Assembly (NCBI GenBank): GCA_963815115.1
Contig: CAWFFN010000008.1
Location: 704,001-768,000 of the forward strand
Source: an uncultured delta proteobacterium
GTDB lineage: Bacteria > Desulfobacterota > Binatia > DP-6
DNA length: 64,000 nt
Direction: 5' to 3'
Below, piece after piece: positions 19,911-29,989 of the stretch. Both the position numbers and the translations under genes were made by a program. How positions within the stretch are numbered: position 1 is the stretch's first letter; each line of letters opens with the position of its first letter. The notes below the pieces were generated by a model. That model was not told the origin of the DNA. It worked only from the letters and a program-made list of their open reading frames with translations, and ran no database searches.

Positions 19911-21059
19911 TCAGGTCGTGCCGGTGCGTCCGGAGCGCGGATGCTGCTCGCGGTAGTCGGCGCAGTCCGAGAGGCGTCCGGCGTAGGGGCAGAAGCTGCG
20001 GACGACCTCGTCGTGGCAGCCGTAGGTGTAGGGGTACGGGCGCGCGTAGGCCGATGCGACGACGCTCTCGATCTCGGCGGCGGCCAGCGGCTGCGACTGG
20101 CTGGCCGCCCAGGCGCGCAGCAGCACCAGGGTGTCCGCGTGCCCGAAGCCGGCGACGCGGAAGGCCGACGCCAGGCGGATGGCGGCGTTGTTGCGGGCGC
20201 CGGGCGCCAGGTCAGCGCGCCACATCGCGAGCCGCGCCGCGCAGAGGGCCTCCTCGGCGCGCTCCGGCGGCGGGCCAGTGCGATAGGGATGCGGACCGCG
20301 CTCGCGACGCAGCGCGCGGCGCGCGCGCTGGAACTGCAGGGCCAGCCCCGGCACGGGCCGCACGTCCTCCAAGGGCTCGAGCCCCGCCGCCGCGACGCGC
20401 GTCAGCGGCCGCGGCGCACGCGCCAGCGCCGCGATTTCCGCGGCCGCCCGGTGCATGAGCTCGTCCGGCGCGAGGGGAACCTTCCATAGCCCGCTGCCGG
20501 CGTGGCGCGTGTTCGGCAGCCGGAGGAGGCGGACCGCGTCGCCGATGGCGAGATCGAACAGCAGGCGCGCGTGGTCGGGCAGCTCGCGCAGGACGGCGAG
20601 ACGCAGGCGGGTGAAGAGGCGGTGCAGATCGGCCGCCGGAGCGACGCGGCCGAACGCGCGCGTGTCGACGAGGACGTGGAACCCCTTGGCGCCGCTGAAG
20701 TAGACGTGGAGCGCCTCGGGCGACGCCTCCCACCGACGGGTGAGCAGGTCGTACACCCGGCGCGCGACGCCGAGCGCGTCGTCGAGCGTGGCGGCGGGCG
20801 GGTGCGCGTCGACGTCGAGCGGCAGGAAGGGCGCCCACAGACGGCCGTCGTACCCGGCGATCGAGGGCAGACCGCCGACCCGATGCTCGGCCATGTAGCG
20901 GAGCACGTCCGCCGAGAAGCGGAAGATGCTGGCGTAGCACTCCTCGGCGCCGAAGCGCGCGACCAGCGCCGGCACCTCGTCGACGGGGACGACGTGGTTG
21001 CGGAAGCCCGGCTGCGTGCGGGCCGCGAAGTCGACCCAGCGAAAGGCGGTCAAGGGCAT
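19911..21059 (-). CDS. Archaeo-eukaryotic primase (AEP) with PriCT-like C-terminal domain
   Basis: PLDVD, YFSGAKGFHV, DAVRLLRLPNTRH; RNNAAIRLA..PLAAAEIESVVASAY; terminal GCH..FCPY..DC. Confidence 0.8.
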   Translation of the reverse strand: MPLTAFRWVDFAARTQPGFRNHVVPVDEVPALVARFGAEECYASIFRFSADVLRYMAEHRVGGLPSIAGYDGRLWAPFLPLDVDAHPPAATLDDALGVARRVYDLLTRRWEASPEALHVYFSGAKGFHVLVDTRAFGRVAPAADLHRLFTRLRLAVLRELPDHARLLFDLAIGDAVRLLRLPNTRHAGSGLWKVPLAPDELMHRAAAEIAALARAPRPLTRVAAAGLEPLEDVRPVPGLALQFQRARRALRRERGPHPYRTGPPPERAEEALCAARLAMWRADLAPGARNNAAIRLASAFRVAGFGHADTLVLLRAWAASQSQPLAAAEIESVVASAYARPYPYTYGCHDEVVRSFCPYAGRLSDCADYREQHPRSGRTGTT

Positions 21060-21114
21060 CAGCCGCCCCACCAGGCGCCGTGGGTTCGGCGGCACGTGAT
21101 CGGCGACCTGCCGC

Positions 21115-22362
21115 TCACCCCACGCTCGCAACGCAGCGCCGGATGCCGTCCTCGAGCCGGCCGAGCGCCTCGTCGCAATACGCGGCGTCGACGAGGAGCC
21201 CGGCCTTGAACTGCAGCACTGACGTGTCGAACCCGGCGAACATGGCCCAGAGCCCGGCGTCATAGCATGCGCGCGTCATCATCTGCCCGCCGCGCGGATG
21301 CGCGAAGCGGAGACCCATCACGACCCCGAGGCGGCGGATCTCGACGAGCCAGCTCGCGTAGCGCGAGCGGAGCGTCTCGAGCCCCGCGGCCAGGCGCGCC
21401 GACGCCACGGCGACGTTCGCGAGCACCTCCGGCCGCGTGGTGATCTCGAGCACCTTCTGCGCGACGCGGCAGCCGAGCTCGGCGCCGCCGAAGGTCGAGA
21501 CGTGCCCCCAGCCGTCCTCCTCGAGCCAGCGCGCCGCGCGCGGCGAGAGCACGGCCGCCGACATCGGATAGAGGCCGCCCGAGAGGCCCTTGCCGGTCAC
21601 GAGCACGTCGGGGACGACGTCGAAGCACTGGACGCCCCACATGCGCCCGGTCCGTCCGAGGCCCGTCTGCACCTCGTCGGCGACGTATAGCGCGCCGTGC
21701 CGCTCGCAGAGCGCCTTCACGCCGCGCAGGTAGCCGGGACGGGGCATCGGGAACCCGGAGGTGGCGGGCACGGTTTCCAGCAGCACCGCCGCGGCCTCGT
21801 GGCGCTCGAGCGCGGCCCCCATCGCGTCTAGGTCGTCGAACGGCACCTGGACGAACTCTCCGGGAGCACCTTCGGAGCGGAACAGCCGCGAGAACCGCTC
21901 GTCGCCCGCCGCGAGCGCCAGCCCCGTGTGCCCGTGGTAGCCCTTCGCGATGGAGACGATCGTCCGCCGCCCGGTCGCGTGGCGCGCCGACTTGATGGCG
22001 ACGTCGATCGCCTCGCCGCCGCTCGGCGCGTACACGACGTACCGGAGGTCGCCCGGCATCGTCCGCACGAGCGCCTCGGCGAGCTCGGCCCGCGCGACGC
22101 TCGGGAAGTGATGGTTGCCGACGTCGAGCGTCTCGAGGGCCTCGCGGAGAGCGGCCACCACCTCCGGATGCCGGTGCCCCAGGTTGAAGACGCCGCCGTT
22201 CAAGTGCAGGTCGAGGAGCTCGCGGCCCTCGAGGTCCCAGAGCCGATACCCCTCGCGACGTCCGATCACGAGATCCACGCCGAGCGCGCCGAACGTCCGC
22301 ACGCGATCCGGACAGACGTGGCGAGCCGCGAGCTCGAGCACGCGCCGCTTCTCGTCGTTCAT
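21115..22362 (-). CDS. Class III PLP-dependent aminotransferase
   Basis: SGGEA, GYHGHT, DEVQTGLGRTG, GKGLSGG, STFGG; ATGA overlap with upstream kinase. Confidence 0.92.
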   Translation of the reverse strand: MNDEKRRVLELAARHVCPDRVRTFGALGVDLVIGRREGYRLWDLEGRELLDLHLNGGVFNLGHRHPEVVAALREALETLDVGNHHFPSVARAELAEALVRTMPGDLRYVVYAPSGGEAIDVAIKSARHATGRRTIVSIAKGYHGHTGLALAAGDERFSRLFRSEGAPGEFVQVPFDDLDAMGAALERHEAAAVLLETVPATSGFPMPRPGYLRGVKALCERHGALYVADEVQTGLGRTGRMWGVQCFDVVPDVLVTGKGLSGGLYPMSAAVLSPRAARWLEEDGWGHVSTFGGAELGCRVAQKVLEITTRPEVLANVAVASARLAAGLETLRSRYASWLVEIRRLGVVMGLRFAHPRGGQMMTRACYDAGLWAMFAGFDTSVLQFKAGLLVDAAYCDEALGRLEDGIRRCVASVG

Positions 22363-23348
22363 CGCTCCTCCCCGAGCACCTTCGCGGCCTGGACGGCGGC
22401 GAGCTCGACCACCACGGCCGTGAAGTCGCGCGCCATGGCGGTCTCGCGGCGGGTGTGCATCCAGCCGAGGCCGAGCAGCAGGCGCGCCATGACGAGCGTC
22501 TCGATCTCGCGGACGTGATCGTCGGGCAGCAGGGCGACCGCGCGATACCCGTCGACCCATGCGTCCCGCACGAGCGCGAAGCCGGGATCGGCGACCTTGA
22601 GCGCCAGGAGCGTCGCGAGGTCGTAGAGGTACCACCCGTATCCTCCGTCGTCGAAGTCGATGACGAAGGGCACGCCGTCCGCCACGAGAATGTTGTCGGG
22701 CATGAGGTCGCCGTGGGTGAGCCCGAACCGGTCCGACGCGCGCCCGAAGGCGGCGAGCCGCCGGCGGACCACGTCGGCGGCCCGGTGCATGAGGTCCCGC
22801 TGCACGTCCGAGAGCGTCGTCAGATCGGCATAGTCGCCCCACAAGGCGCGCGGTCCGACGAGCGCGTCCACGTTCCAGGTCGGGCGGGTGAAGGCGGCGG
22901 GCGGGGTCCAGCTCCGGCCATGCTGCTGGATGAGCGCGGAGGTCCGGCCGACCAGGCGGTACACCTCCGCGGTGTCGCCCTCGAGGTCGAGCGAGCGCCC
23001 GTCGATCCAGCCGAGCACGTCGACCTGCAGCGTGTCGCCGCCGTCCACCGCCACCGCCTGCACCGGGTCGCCGTCCACGCCCGGGCGCGCGCGTGGTGTC
23101 GGTACGCCCGCCTCGCGGAGCGCGTCCATCCACGCGAGTTCGGACCGGATCTCGGGCGTCGCGCGGTACCCGGCGCGATGGACGCGCAGCGCGAACGAAC
23201 GCCCGTCGGCGGGATCGGCCACCCGGAAGACGGCGTTCTCGCGATGCTGGACGAGCGTCACCGGCGCGTCGGCCGCGATGCCGAACCGCGGCAGCCCTCG
23301 GCGCGCCGTCGCCTCCAGGCGGGGAACGGGGTCGTCCGAGTCGTGCAT
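22359..23348 (-). CDS. APH/homoserine kinase type II-like phosphotransferase
   Basis: RENAVFRV..ALRVHR, HGDLMPDNIL, IDFDD..WYLYDLA. Confidence 0.9.
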   Translation of the reverse strand: MHDSDDPVPRLEATARRGLPRFGIAADAPVTLVQHRENAVFRVADPADGRSFALRVHRAGYRATPEIRSELAWMDALREAGVPTPRARPGVDGDPVQAVAVDGGDTLQVDVLGWIDGRSLDLEGDTAEVYRLVGRTSALIQQHGRSWTPPAAFTRPTWNVDALVGPRALWGDYADLTTLSDVQRDLMHRAADVVRRRLAAFGRASDRFGLTHGDLMPDNILVADGVPFVIDFDDGGYGWYLYDLATLLALKVADPGFALVRDAWVDGYRAVALLPDDHVREIETLVMARLLLGLGWMHTRRETAMARDFTAVVVELAAVQAAKVLGEER

Positions 23349-23383
23349 CGTCGGATCCGGCGACGCGAAGCCGGCAGACCCGC

Positions 23384-23953
23384 TCAGCTCTCCTCGATCG
23401 GGACGCTCCGGCCCTTGACCGGCTTCGGCGGCGCCGGCATCGTCACCTCGAGAACGCCGTCCTTGAACGTGGCCTTCGCGCTCGCGGGATCCATTCCCTC
23501 GGGCAACGGAACCTGGCGGAAGAAACTGCCGTAGCTCCGCTCGCTGCGGAAGAACCCCTTCCGCTTCTCCTCGCGCTCGTGCCGCCGCTCACCCTGGATC
23601 GTGAGCGCGTCCTCGCGAACCTCCACCCGCACATCCTCCTTCGCGAGCCCGGGCAGCTCGGCGCGGACGACGAGCTGCCCGCCCCGCTCGGTCACCTCGA
23701 CCGGCGGCGCCCAGGCGGCGTCGATCCGCGGAAAGTCGAGCCGGGGGAAGAGCTGGGTGCGGAAGTCGTCAAAGAGCCGGTCCATCTCCTCCGCGAAGCG
23801 GCGCATCATGCCGAACGGGCTCGCGAGCGCCGCCGGTGCCACGGGCTGCGGGACGAGCGCCCTTCCGGCTTGCGCGGGCCGCGCGGGTGCCTTCGCGGAC
23901 TCTGGCGTCTTCGGCTGCGCCGGTGCCTTTGCCTTCTTGCGCGTCTTGGCCAT
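23384..23953 (-). CDS. Hsp20 small heat-shock protein
   Basis: VRAELPGL..SERSYGSFFRQVPLP..ATFKDGVLEV. Confidence 0.92.
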   Translation of the reverse strand: MAKTRKKAKAPAQPKTPESAKAPARPAQAGRALVPQPVAPAALASPFGMMRRFAEEMDRLFDDFRTQLFPRLDFPRIDAAWAPPVEVTERGGQLVVRAELPGLAKEDVRVEVREDALTIQGERRHEREEKRKGFFRSERSYGSFFRQVPLPEGMDPASAKATFKDGVLEVTMPAPPKPVKGRSVPIEES

Positions 23954-24227
23954 TCGGCTTTTCCTATCACGGTGCGGAGGCGGTGCGAACGGACGCGTCC
24001 GCAACGAAAGCTCGGCCGGGACGTGGGTCCCCGGGGTGCCGCTCGGGACGTGACGCGCGCGAGCCTCGCGCCAGGGACCTCAGGGCCTGGGGATGACGAC
24101 GGGGTCGAAGTTGGCGATCGTGGCGTTGTAACTCGACGACGTCGCCCGCAGGACCTTCACCGTCTGCCCGGTGTAGCGCGCGAGGCTGTACGTCGTGCCC
24201 ACGGGCGAGGCTCAGGTTCAGTCCCGT

Positions 24228-24854
24228 TCAACTGCTGCCTCCCCGAGGGCGACGGAAGTTCGCGGTGTAGCTCCAGGGCGGTCCGAAGTGCTCTTCGAGC
24301 GTGAAGCCCTCGCCCTCGACGAGCGCGCGCAGCGTGGACAGGCTGCTGAAGTCCGGATCCGGCAGATGCTCGGTGATCGACAAGAGGCCACCTGGACGGA
24401 GGATCCGGTGAAGCGCGCGCAGGCACTTGCGCGGCTCGGGAACCTCGCCGAGAACCGCGACCAAAAACGCGACGTCGAACGAGGCGCGCGGAAAGGGAAG
24501 CCGCCGCGCGTCGCCCTGCGTGTAGCCGACGACCTTCCCCAGTCCCGCCGCGCGGATCTTGCCCCGCGCCCTCTCCAGCATCTCCGCCTGCAGGTCGAAG
24601 AGCTCCAGGTGCCCGTCCGGCACGCGGCGCGCGACCTCAACGCTGAAGACGCCCGAGCCGCAGCCCACTTCGAGAACCATGGAGTCTTCCTTCAGCTTCA
24701 GACGATCGGCCAGCTGCGACGGGGAGATCAGCAGCCGCCGCAGAGGAAGCTCGAGGATGAAGGACATCTGGTGCGGGAAATACGGCTGCCGCCTGGCGAT
24801 GTGTCGGCACCAACTGGCGAACCCTTCAAGAGCCATCGGCGTCTTCTCGAGCAC
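24228..24854 (-). CDS. Class I SAM-dependent methyltransferase
   Basis: VLEVGCGSG, GDARRLPF..FDVAF, RILRPGG. Confidence 0.88.
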   Translation of the reverse strand: MLEKTPMALEGFASWCRHIARRQPYFPHQMSFILELPLRRLLISPSQLADRLKLKEDSMVLEVGCGSGVFSVEVARRVPDGHLELFDLQAEMLERARGKIRAAGLGKVVGYTQGDARRLPFPRASFDVAFLVAVLGEVPEPRKCLRALHRILRPGGLLSITEHLPDPDFSSLSTLRALVEGEGFTLEEHFGPPWSYTANFRRPRGGSS

Positions 24855-25070
24855 GACTACGTCTGTCTGCGCAGCGGTTCAAGGGCCGCGATGATGTGCT
24901 GTCCACCCTAACGCATTGCGCGCTGCGTGGCACCGGTGCTGCCGCCGAACATGCGCCGGATACGGTGCGCCGCCGAGAAAACGTGACGTGGAAGTGCTGA
25001 TTCACCGTCGCGCGCGCTATCTCGACTACCGACCGACCGTCCCGCAACCCGTCTCGATGAACGGAGTGCG

Positions 25071-26468
25071 TCACATACTTGAGGCGTCGTTCCATATCAG
25101 GGGAGCAGTGCGTCGGGCAGCAAGCCCCGCCCGCCTCCGACGGGCCAGCCGAACCTCGATGGTGTCGCGCGTCACCAGCTCGTAGACGACCGCGCGCTTG
25201 CCCTCGCGTGGCCGGAGCAGGCGCCCTACGCGTTGCACGTGCTCGCGCTGGCCCAGTGCACCGCCCATGACAATCGCGACGTCGGCATCAGGTACGTCGA
25301 TGCCCTCGTTGAGCACACGCGCCGACACGAGTGCTCGGAGCGCCCCTTCGCGGAACCATGTAAGAGCCTCCTCGCGCTCCTTCCGCCCGATGTCGCAGGT
25401 CATCGGCATGATCAAACGCTCGCGGGCGACGGCGTAGGCGCTGTCGTTGTCTGCCGTGAAGATCAACGCCCGCGCGTCTCGATGTCGCTGGAGCAGCACG
25501 CGGAGCATCTCGCGCTTGGCCCCCGTGAAGGCAACCAAACGGCACGCGCGGCGGAAGGCGTCGAGCGCGCGACGGCCTTCGGTCGTTCGTGCCGCGGTGC
25601 GCGCGAAGTCCTCCCAGGTCGCGCGGGGCGCCACGCGCCGAAACTGCCCATGCACGGCGCGAAAGATCGTCATCCAGCCCTCGTACGCTTGGCGCTCGCC
25701 GGTTGTCAGCCCGAGGTGTAGGGTCACGCTGTCGAAGTGCGAGAGAAAGCTGCCAGCGAGGTCGCCGATCGTGAGCTCGTATGCCGTCCGGCCGACGAGC
25801 TCTGCAAGCCGCCGAGCGACCGCCTCGTCGTGGGGAGGGGTCGCGGTCAGGCCCAGCCGGGCATCCGCGATCGACATCTCCAGCGCCTCGTCGCGCAGGC
25901 CGCAGCCGAAGTGGTGCGCCTCATCCACCACGATCAGATCGAAGCGGTTCCCCAGCCGGTCCATGTGCCGGTAGGCGCTCTCGAACGTCGCGACGGTCAC
26001 CGCCGCCAACTCGTGCGCGCCGTCCCCGTAGCAGCCGATCGGACCCGCATACGCTCCGGCGATCTGCTGTTGCCACTGCGCGAGCAGGGCCCTCGTGGGA
26101 ACGAGGCAGAGAGCACTCGACTGCATGCGAGCCATGGCAGCGATCGCCAGCCTGGTCTTCCCACTCCCCGTCGGAAGGACGACGAGCGCGCGCCGCTGCG
26201 CGAGCTCCCACGCCCAGAGCGCCGCTTCCTGGTAGGGGCGCAGCTCGACGCCAGACCAGGCGCCAGGCGGAGGAGCCGGGGACCGCACCTCATCCGAGAA
26301 CGGTACGCCACGTCGCGCGAGCTCCCTGCGGAGTGTGTGACATCGAGAGGCAGGTGCACGGTGGGCTCCGACGCGCGGGTCCCAGAGGACGCCCGCGATC
26401 TCCAGGAGGTCGAAGCCAGGAGGGGAATCGCGGAGGAGTATCGTGCCGCGATCGAAGAGGAGGCGCAC
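25071..26468 (-). CDS. XPB/Rad25-like SF2 helicase
   Basis: LRPYQ, LPTGSGKT, DEAHH, GLTAT, VLNEGIDVPDA, QRVGRLLR; GTG start at 26468. Confidence 0.88.
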   Translation of the reverse strand: MRLLFDRGTILLRDSPPGFDLLEIAGVLWDPRVGAHRAPASRCHTLRRELARRGVPFSDEVRSPAPPPGAWSGVELRPYQEAALWAWELAQRRALVVLPTGSGKTRLAIAAMARMQSSALCLVPTRALLAQWQQQIAGAYAGPIGCYGDGAHELAAVTVATFESAYRHMDRLGNRFDLIVVDEAHHFGCGLRDEALEMSIADARLGLTATPPHDEAVARRLAELVGRTAYELTIGDLAGSFLSHFDSVTLHLGLTTGERQAYEGWMTIFRAVHGQFRRVAPRATWEDFARTAARTTEGRRALDAFRRACRLVAFTGAKREMLRVLLQRHRDARALIFTADNDSAYAVARERLIMPMTCDIGRKEREEALTWFREGALRALVSARVLNEGIDVPDADVAIVMGGALGQREHVQRVGRLLRPREGKRAVVYELVTRDTIEVRLARRRRAGLAARRTAPLIWNDASSM

Positions 26469-26795
26469 GGAAATATGCACCGAGCAACGAGCATGCCGGA
26501 GCGACCGGTGTGAGGGTCTCCCCCGTGCCCCTGAGTGCGGGGAGTGTGACGTGGTTGATGCAACGACGCGCAACGGGGCGTTTCGGCCGCCCGCGGCGTT
26601 GAGCAGGACCTACGGAAACTCGCTCTTGAAAGATGCGGCCCGAGCGAAAGGTACCAGGAGCGCGCGGGCCAACCGCCGAGGTTGTCATAGCCGAGGATTC
26701 GACGGCCGCCAGTGACCAGGGAGGGGTCGGTTCGCTGGTTGCCTGCCATCCACTTCCCGTGACACGGGCCGTCCGATCCGTTACGCCTTTCCCTC

Positions 26796-27446
26796 ATGCC
26801 GTCCCCACGCCCGTCCCGGGGCCCCGCTCGCCCGCGCCTCGCATCGCCGAAGGCGCCGAGCACTCAGCAAGTTCCGAAGGCTGCCCAGCCAGTCACGATC
26901 CACCAGCTGAAGATCACCCTCCGTCACATCTGCCCGCCGATCTGGCGGCGCGTCCAGGTGTCGAGCGCCGCCTCCCTCGCGACCCTACACGCGGTGCTCC
27001 AGCGAACCTTCGACTGGACCGACAGCCACCTTCACGAGTTCGAGGCCGGCCGCCGCCGGTTCGGACCGCCGCAGCTCGATGTCGGGTGGGGCGAGGAGGA
27101 GGGCGTCGAGGACGAACGCCGGGTGACGCTGGGCCGCGTCGCGCCGCGCAAGGGAGCGAAGCTCCTGTACCGCTACGACCTCGGCGACGACTGGCAGCAC
27201 GACATCGTCGTCGAGGACATCCTGCCAGCCGACCCGACCATCCACTCCCCGCACTGCCTCGGCGGCCAGCGGGCCGCGCCGCCGGACGACTGCGGCGGGC
27301 CCTTCGGTTACGCTGAGCTGCTCGACGCGCTCGCTGAGCCCACCAGCAAGGACCACGCCGAGCGGCTCGAGTGGCTCGGCGACCGATTCGACCCCGAGAC
27401 GTTCGACCTCGCCGCAACGAACCGCGCGCTCGCCCGCATCCGCTGA
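26796..27446 (+). CDS. Plasmid pRiA4b ORF3-family protein
   Basis: PPIWRRVQV..HLHEF..YRYDLGDDWQH..PPDDCGG. Confidence 0.9.
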   Translation: MPSPRPSRGPARPRLASPKAPSTQQVPKAAQPVTIHQLKITLRHICPPIWRRVQVSSAASLATLHAVLQRTFDWTDSHLHEFEAGRRRFGPPQLDVGWGEEEGVEDERRVTLGRVAPRKGAKLLYRYDLGDDWQHDIVVEDILPADPTIHSPHCLGGQRAAPPDDCGGPFGYAELLDALAEPTSKDHAERLEWLGDRFDPETFDLAATNRALARIR

Positions 27447-27452
27447 GCAGCG

Positions 27453-28676
27453 TCACCGGCCGTCCACCACCACCGCCGCCGCGATCGCCGCACATCGCGC
27501 CGCGCGTGCCGGGTCAGCCGTGTCCGATCGCGCGGCCGTCTCGGCGGCGAGCCAACGGCGGAGGCGGTTGCCGAAGCGCGCGCGCCGCAGCGCGGCGGGC
27601 ACGCTGTCCAGATGGCCGAGGTGGTCGTCGAGGTACGCGTCGAGGAGGGGCGCGAGCACGAGCCGGCTCCGGTCGGGTCGCGCGCGGCGGGCCAGTGCGA
27701 CGGCCGTCTCGCCGAGCTGCGTGCAGGCCGCGTGCAGAGCGGGCGTGTCGGCCGCGGCGCGGAGGCGGCCCAGCAAGTTGGCGGCTGCGGCGCAGGCCAC
27801 GTCGGGTCGCGCCGCCCCGGTGGCGCGGATGCGATCGACCAGCTCGCCGAGGTCGAGCGCGAGCCGGAGCTGCCGCCTTGTCGGTACGGGCGCCCCGTCG
27901 AGCAACGCGTCGATGCGTCTCCGGAAGCCCAGCTCGAGTATCGTGTCGTCAGCCGCGCGGCCGAGCACGTCAGCATAGCGTTCCCGCATGGCGGGCGTCA
28001 GGCCGAGCACGTCGACGATGCCGTTCACGATGGCGTCCCGTGGCGCCGTATCCGGAACCACCGCCAGTGGCGCGCCGCGGGCGGCCAGGGCCTCTTCGAG
28101 GCGCGCGTAGGCGGCGTCGAGTGCGACCCGACGGCGGCGGTCGCGCGTGTGGTTCGCCTCCGCGGCCACATGTCCCAGGACGTCGTCGAACTCGGCCTCC
28201 GTTCCGGCGAGCACGACCGCGGCGTCGTCCACCGTCGCCGCGGCGAGCAGCGCGGGCGTCTCGACGCCGATCGCCTCGCAACCGCGCAGATGGGTGTACT
28301 CGTCGTGGGAGAGCCGTACTTCGATCAGAGGCCCCGGCCGGTCGGCGGCAGCCCCGCGCAGGTCCCAAGCCGTCTCCGCCCAGCCCGAGATGACACCGCG
28401 GTCTCCACACGTCGCGCACCTCCACTCGACCGTCTCGGTCGCGTCCGAGCGCCGCACGCTGACGTGCCCCGTACACCGCTCCCGGCGGTGCGACCGCCGG
28501 CAGTGGACCGCAGACCCGTCCCAGGCGCCGTCTGGGCGCACCGTCGCCGCCTCGACGAGGTGGCACCAGTACGCTGCGCGCCGCCCGGGCGGGCCGCCGA
28601 CCGGCAGGCCGGCGTCGTCAAGGAAGTGACGGAGGTCGGTGATCCAAGAGCCGGGCATCGAGTGCCGAGGTGTCAA
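27453..28676 (-). CDS. Hypothetical protein with N-terminal Cys-rich region
   Basis: WITDLRHFLD..CRR..C..WRCATCGDRGVISGW; long ORF with typical codon bias. Confidence 0.65.
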   Translation of the reverse strand: MTPRHSMPGSWITDLRHFLDDAGLPVGGPPGRRAAYWCHLVEAATVRPDGAWDGSAVHCRRSHRRERCTGHVSVRRSDATETVEWRCATCGDRGVISGWAETAWDLRGAAADRPGPLIEVRLSHDEYTHLRGCEAIGVETPALLAAATVDDAAVVLAGTEAEFDDVLGHVAAEANHTRDRRRRVALDAAYARLEEALAARGAPLAVVPDTAPRDAIVNGIVDVLGLTPAMRERYADVLGRAADDTILELGFRRRIDALLDGAPVPTRRQLRLALDLGELVDRIRATGAARPDVACAAAANLLGRLRAAADTPALHAACTQLGETAVALARRARPDRSRLVLAPLLDAYLDDHLGHLDSVPAALRRARFGNRLRRWLAAETAARSDTADPARAARCAAIAAAVVVDGR

Positions 28677-28731
28677 TCCCGGACCACGTCGATCAGCCCG
28701 GTGTCGGCGAGTGTCTGGTCACTGTAAGCAC

Positions 28732-29217
28732 TCACTCTCCGACAAGCGCAGAGGCGGCATCGAGTAGGCCGGGCGTCACGTACATGCCGACGGCAGCCAG
28801 ACGCTCCAAGACCGGCCGCGCTGCCGGAACGGCCCCCAGCCGCTTGGCTCGGAGCACGACTCCGATCGTCCCGAACGCCGGTACCCCAAGCGCGGCAGCA
28901 CAGCGTCGAGCCTCGCGGTCGTCCAGGATCGCGTGGGCGCCGGGCAGCGCCCGTGCTACCGCGAGCACCGCCGACTCTCCGGCGCCCAGATTCCACGCAG
29001 CGATCGCCGCCGGCACGCTACCCGGGTCGACTCTCGTGGCCCACGTCGCGCGCAACAGTGCTTGCGCCGCCATATCCTCACCACCCTTAATTTCCACTTC
29101 ATCCACTACGGAGACGGGAACACACACGATACGCGCCACTGATCGCAGGAGTTCCAAGCGTCCGATTCGCGACAGCAGGATAATCGGGGAGGCGTTGACG
29201 ATGGCCTGCTCAACCAT
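28732..29217 (-). CDS. DUF3368 PIN-domain toxin
   Basis: IVNASPII..LGAGESAVL..ILDDREARR..GTIGVVLRAK. Confidence 0.88.
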   Translation of the reverse strand: MVEQAIVNASPIILLSRIGRLELLRSVARIVCVPVSVVDEVEIKGGEDMAAQALLRATWATRVDPGSVPAAIAAWNLGAGESAVLAVARALPGAHAILDDREARRCAAALGVPAFGTIGVVLRAKRLGAVPAARPVLERLAAVGMYVTPGLLDAASALVGE

Positions 29218-29461
29218 CGCCCAGTTCGCGCGGAAGTTCGTCCGGGTCGACCTGCACTACCTCGATCCGGCGAGCGGCAAGCGCGTCGATGAAGTCCGCG
29301 CGGGGCACCCCCGCGATCTCGGCCGCACGCCCCTGCGACAGCAGGCCGCGTCGATACCAATCGACGGCAGCCGCCAGTCGCACCTCGGCCTGCATCTCGA
29401 CGGGCGAGCGATGTAGTGCTGCCAAGAGGTCATCTGGGAGGGCGATCGTTACGGTCGTCAT
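29210..29461 (-). CDS. UPF0175 antitoxin
   Basis: EVRLAAAVDWYRRGLLSQGRAAEIAGVPRADF; overlaps toxin start. Confidence 0.85.
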   Translation of the reverse strand: MTTVTIALPDDLLAALHRSPVEMQAEVRLAAAVDWYRRGLLSQGRAAEIAGVPRADFIDALAARRIEVVQVDPDELPRELGDG

Positions 29462-29588
29462 CCTGATCTCCTTCGCTGAGGCCGCCTGGGCGATCACGCC
29501 CGGAGCTATTGTCACCGAGCGAGTCACTCGTCGGAAACCCCTTGTAGCACAGGAGACGCGGGGCCGCTCTGCCGGGAGTGCGGTGAGC

Positions 29589-29700
29589 ATGCCAATCGAG
29601 GAGTCGGAAGCGGCGGTAAAAGTGGGTGAAGTCCTCGGGCCGTTCAAGGCCGCCGGGCCCGCAATGAAGGCAGGCAAGGCCCATACGCGCCGTGCCGACC
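29589..29700 (+). pseudogene. C-terminal remnant of AbrB-type antitoxin
   Basis: IEESEAAVKVGEVLGPFKAAGPAMKA..AH.RR matches 42115-42220. Confidence 0.6.
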
Positions 29701-29762
29701 TCCCATGGGCGGCTGAAGGCCGCGCCCGCCAGCAGCGTCGCGGCACACTCTCGCCGCGCGTG

Positions 29763-29966
29763 GAATCAATAGGTCACTGCCTCACCTGCGCATCGGTCAG
29801 TCTCCATCCAGTCACCATGCCGATGCCTGCCGGTGCCTCCCGCTGGGTCAGCGCCGACGCGTAACCCCCGAATCTTCCAAGACACGGCCACCCGCCGGAA
29901 CCTCCCGGCAACCGCCTGCGTCCTTTCGTAATCAGTAGGTCGCCGGTTCGACTCCGGCGGGTGGCT
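29763..29966 (+). repeat. ~200-bp att-like repeat copy 2 with tRNA-Thr(CGT) 3' half
   Basis: Aligns to 3953-4154; ends GGGTGGC-T at 29966. Confidence 0.9.
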
Positions 29967-29989
29967 CTTCCTCCCCGCCCCCAGCCGCC

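Noticed and set aside
22363-23133. 672-aa kinase-aminotransferase fusion
   Set aside because: The extension is an alternate frame of the kinase gene; the two genes have a clean ATGA junction
26569-26605. GCGCAAC...GTTGAGC as an attC site
   Set aside because: Too short and lacks recognisable L boxes
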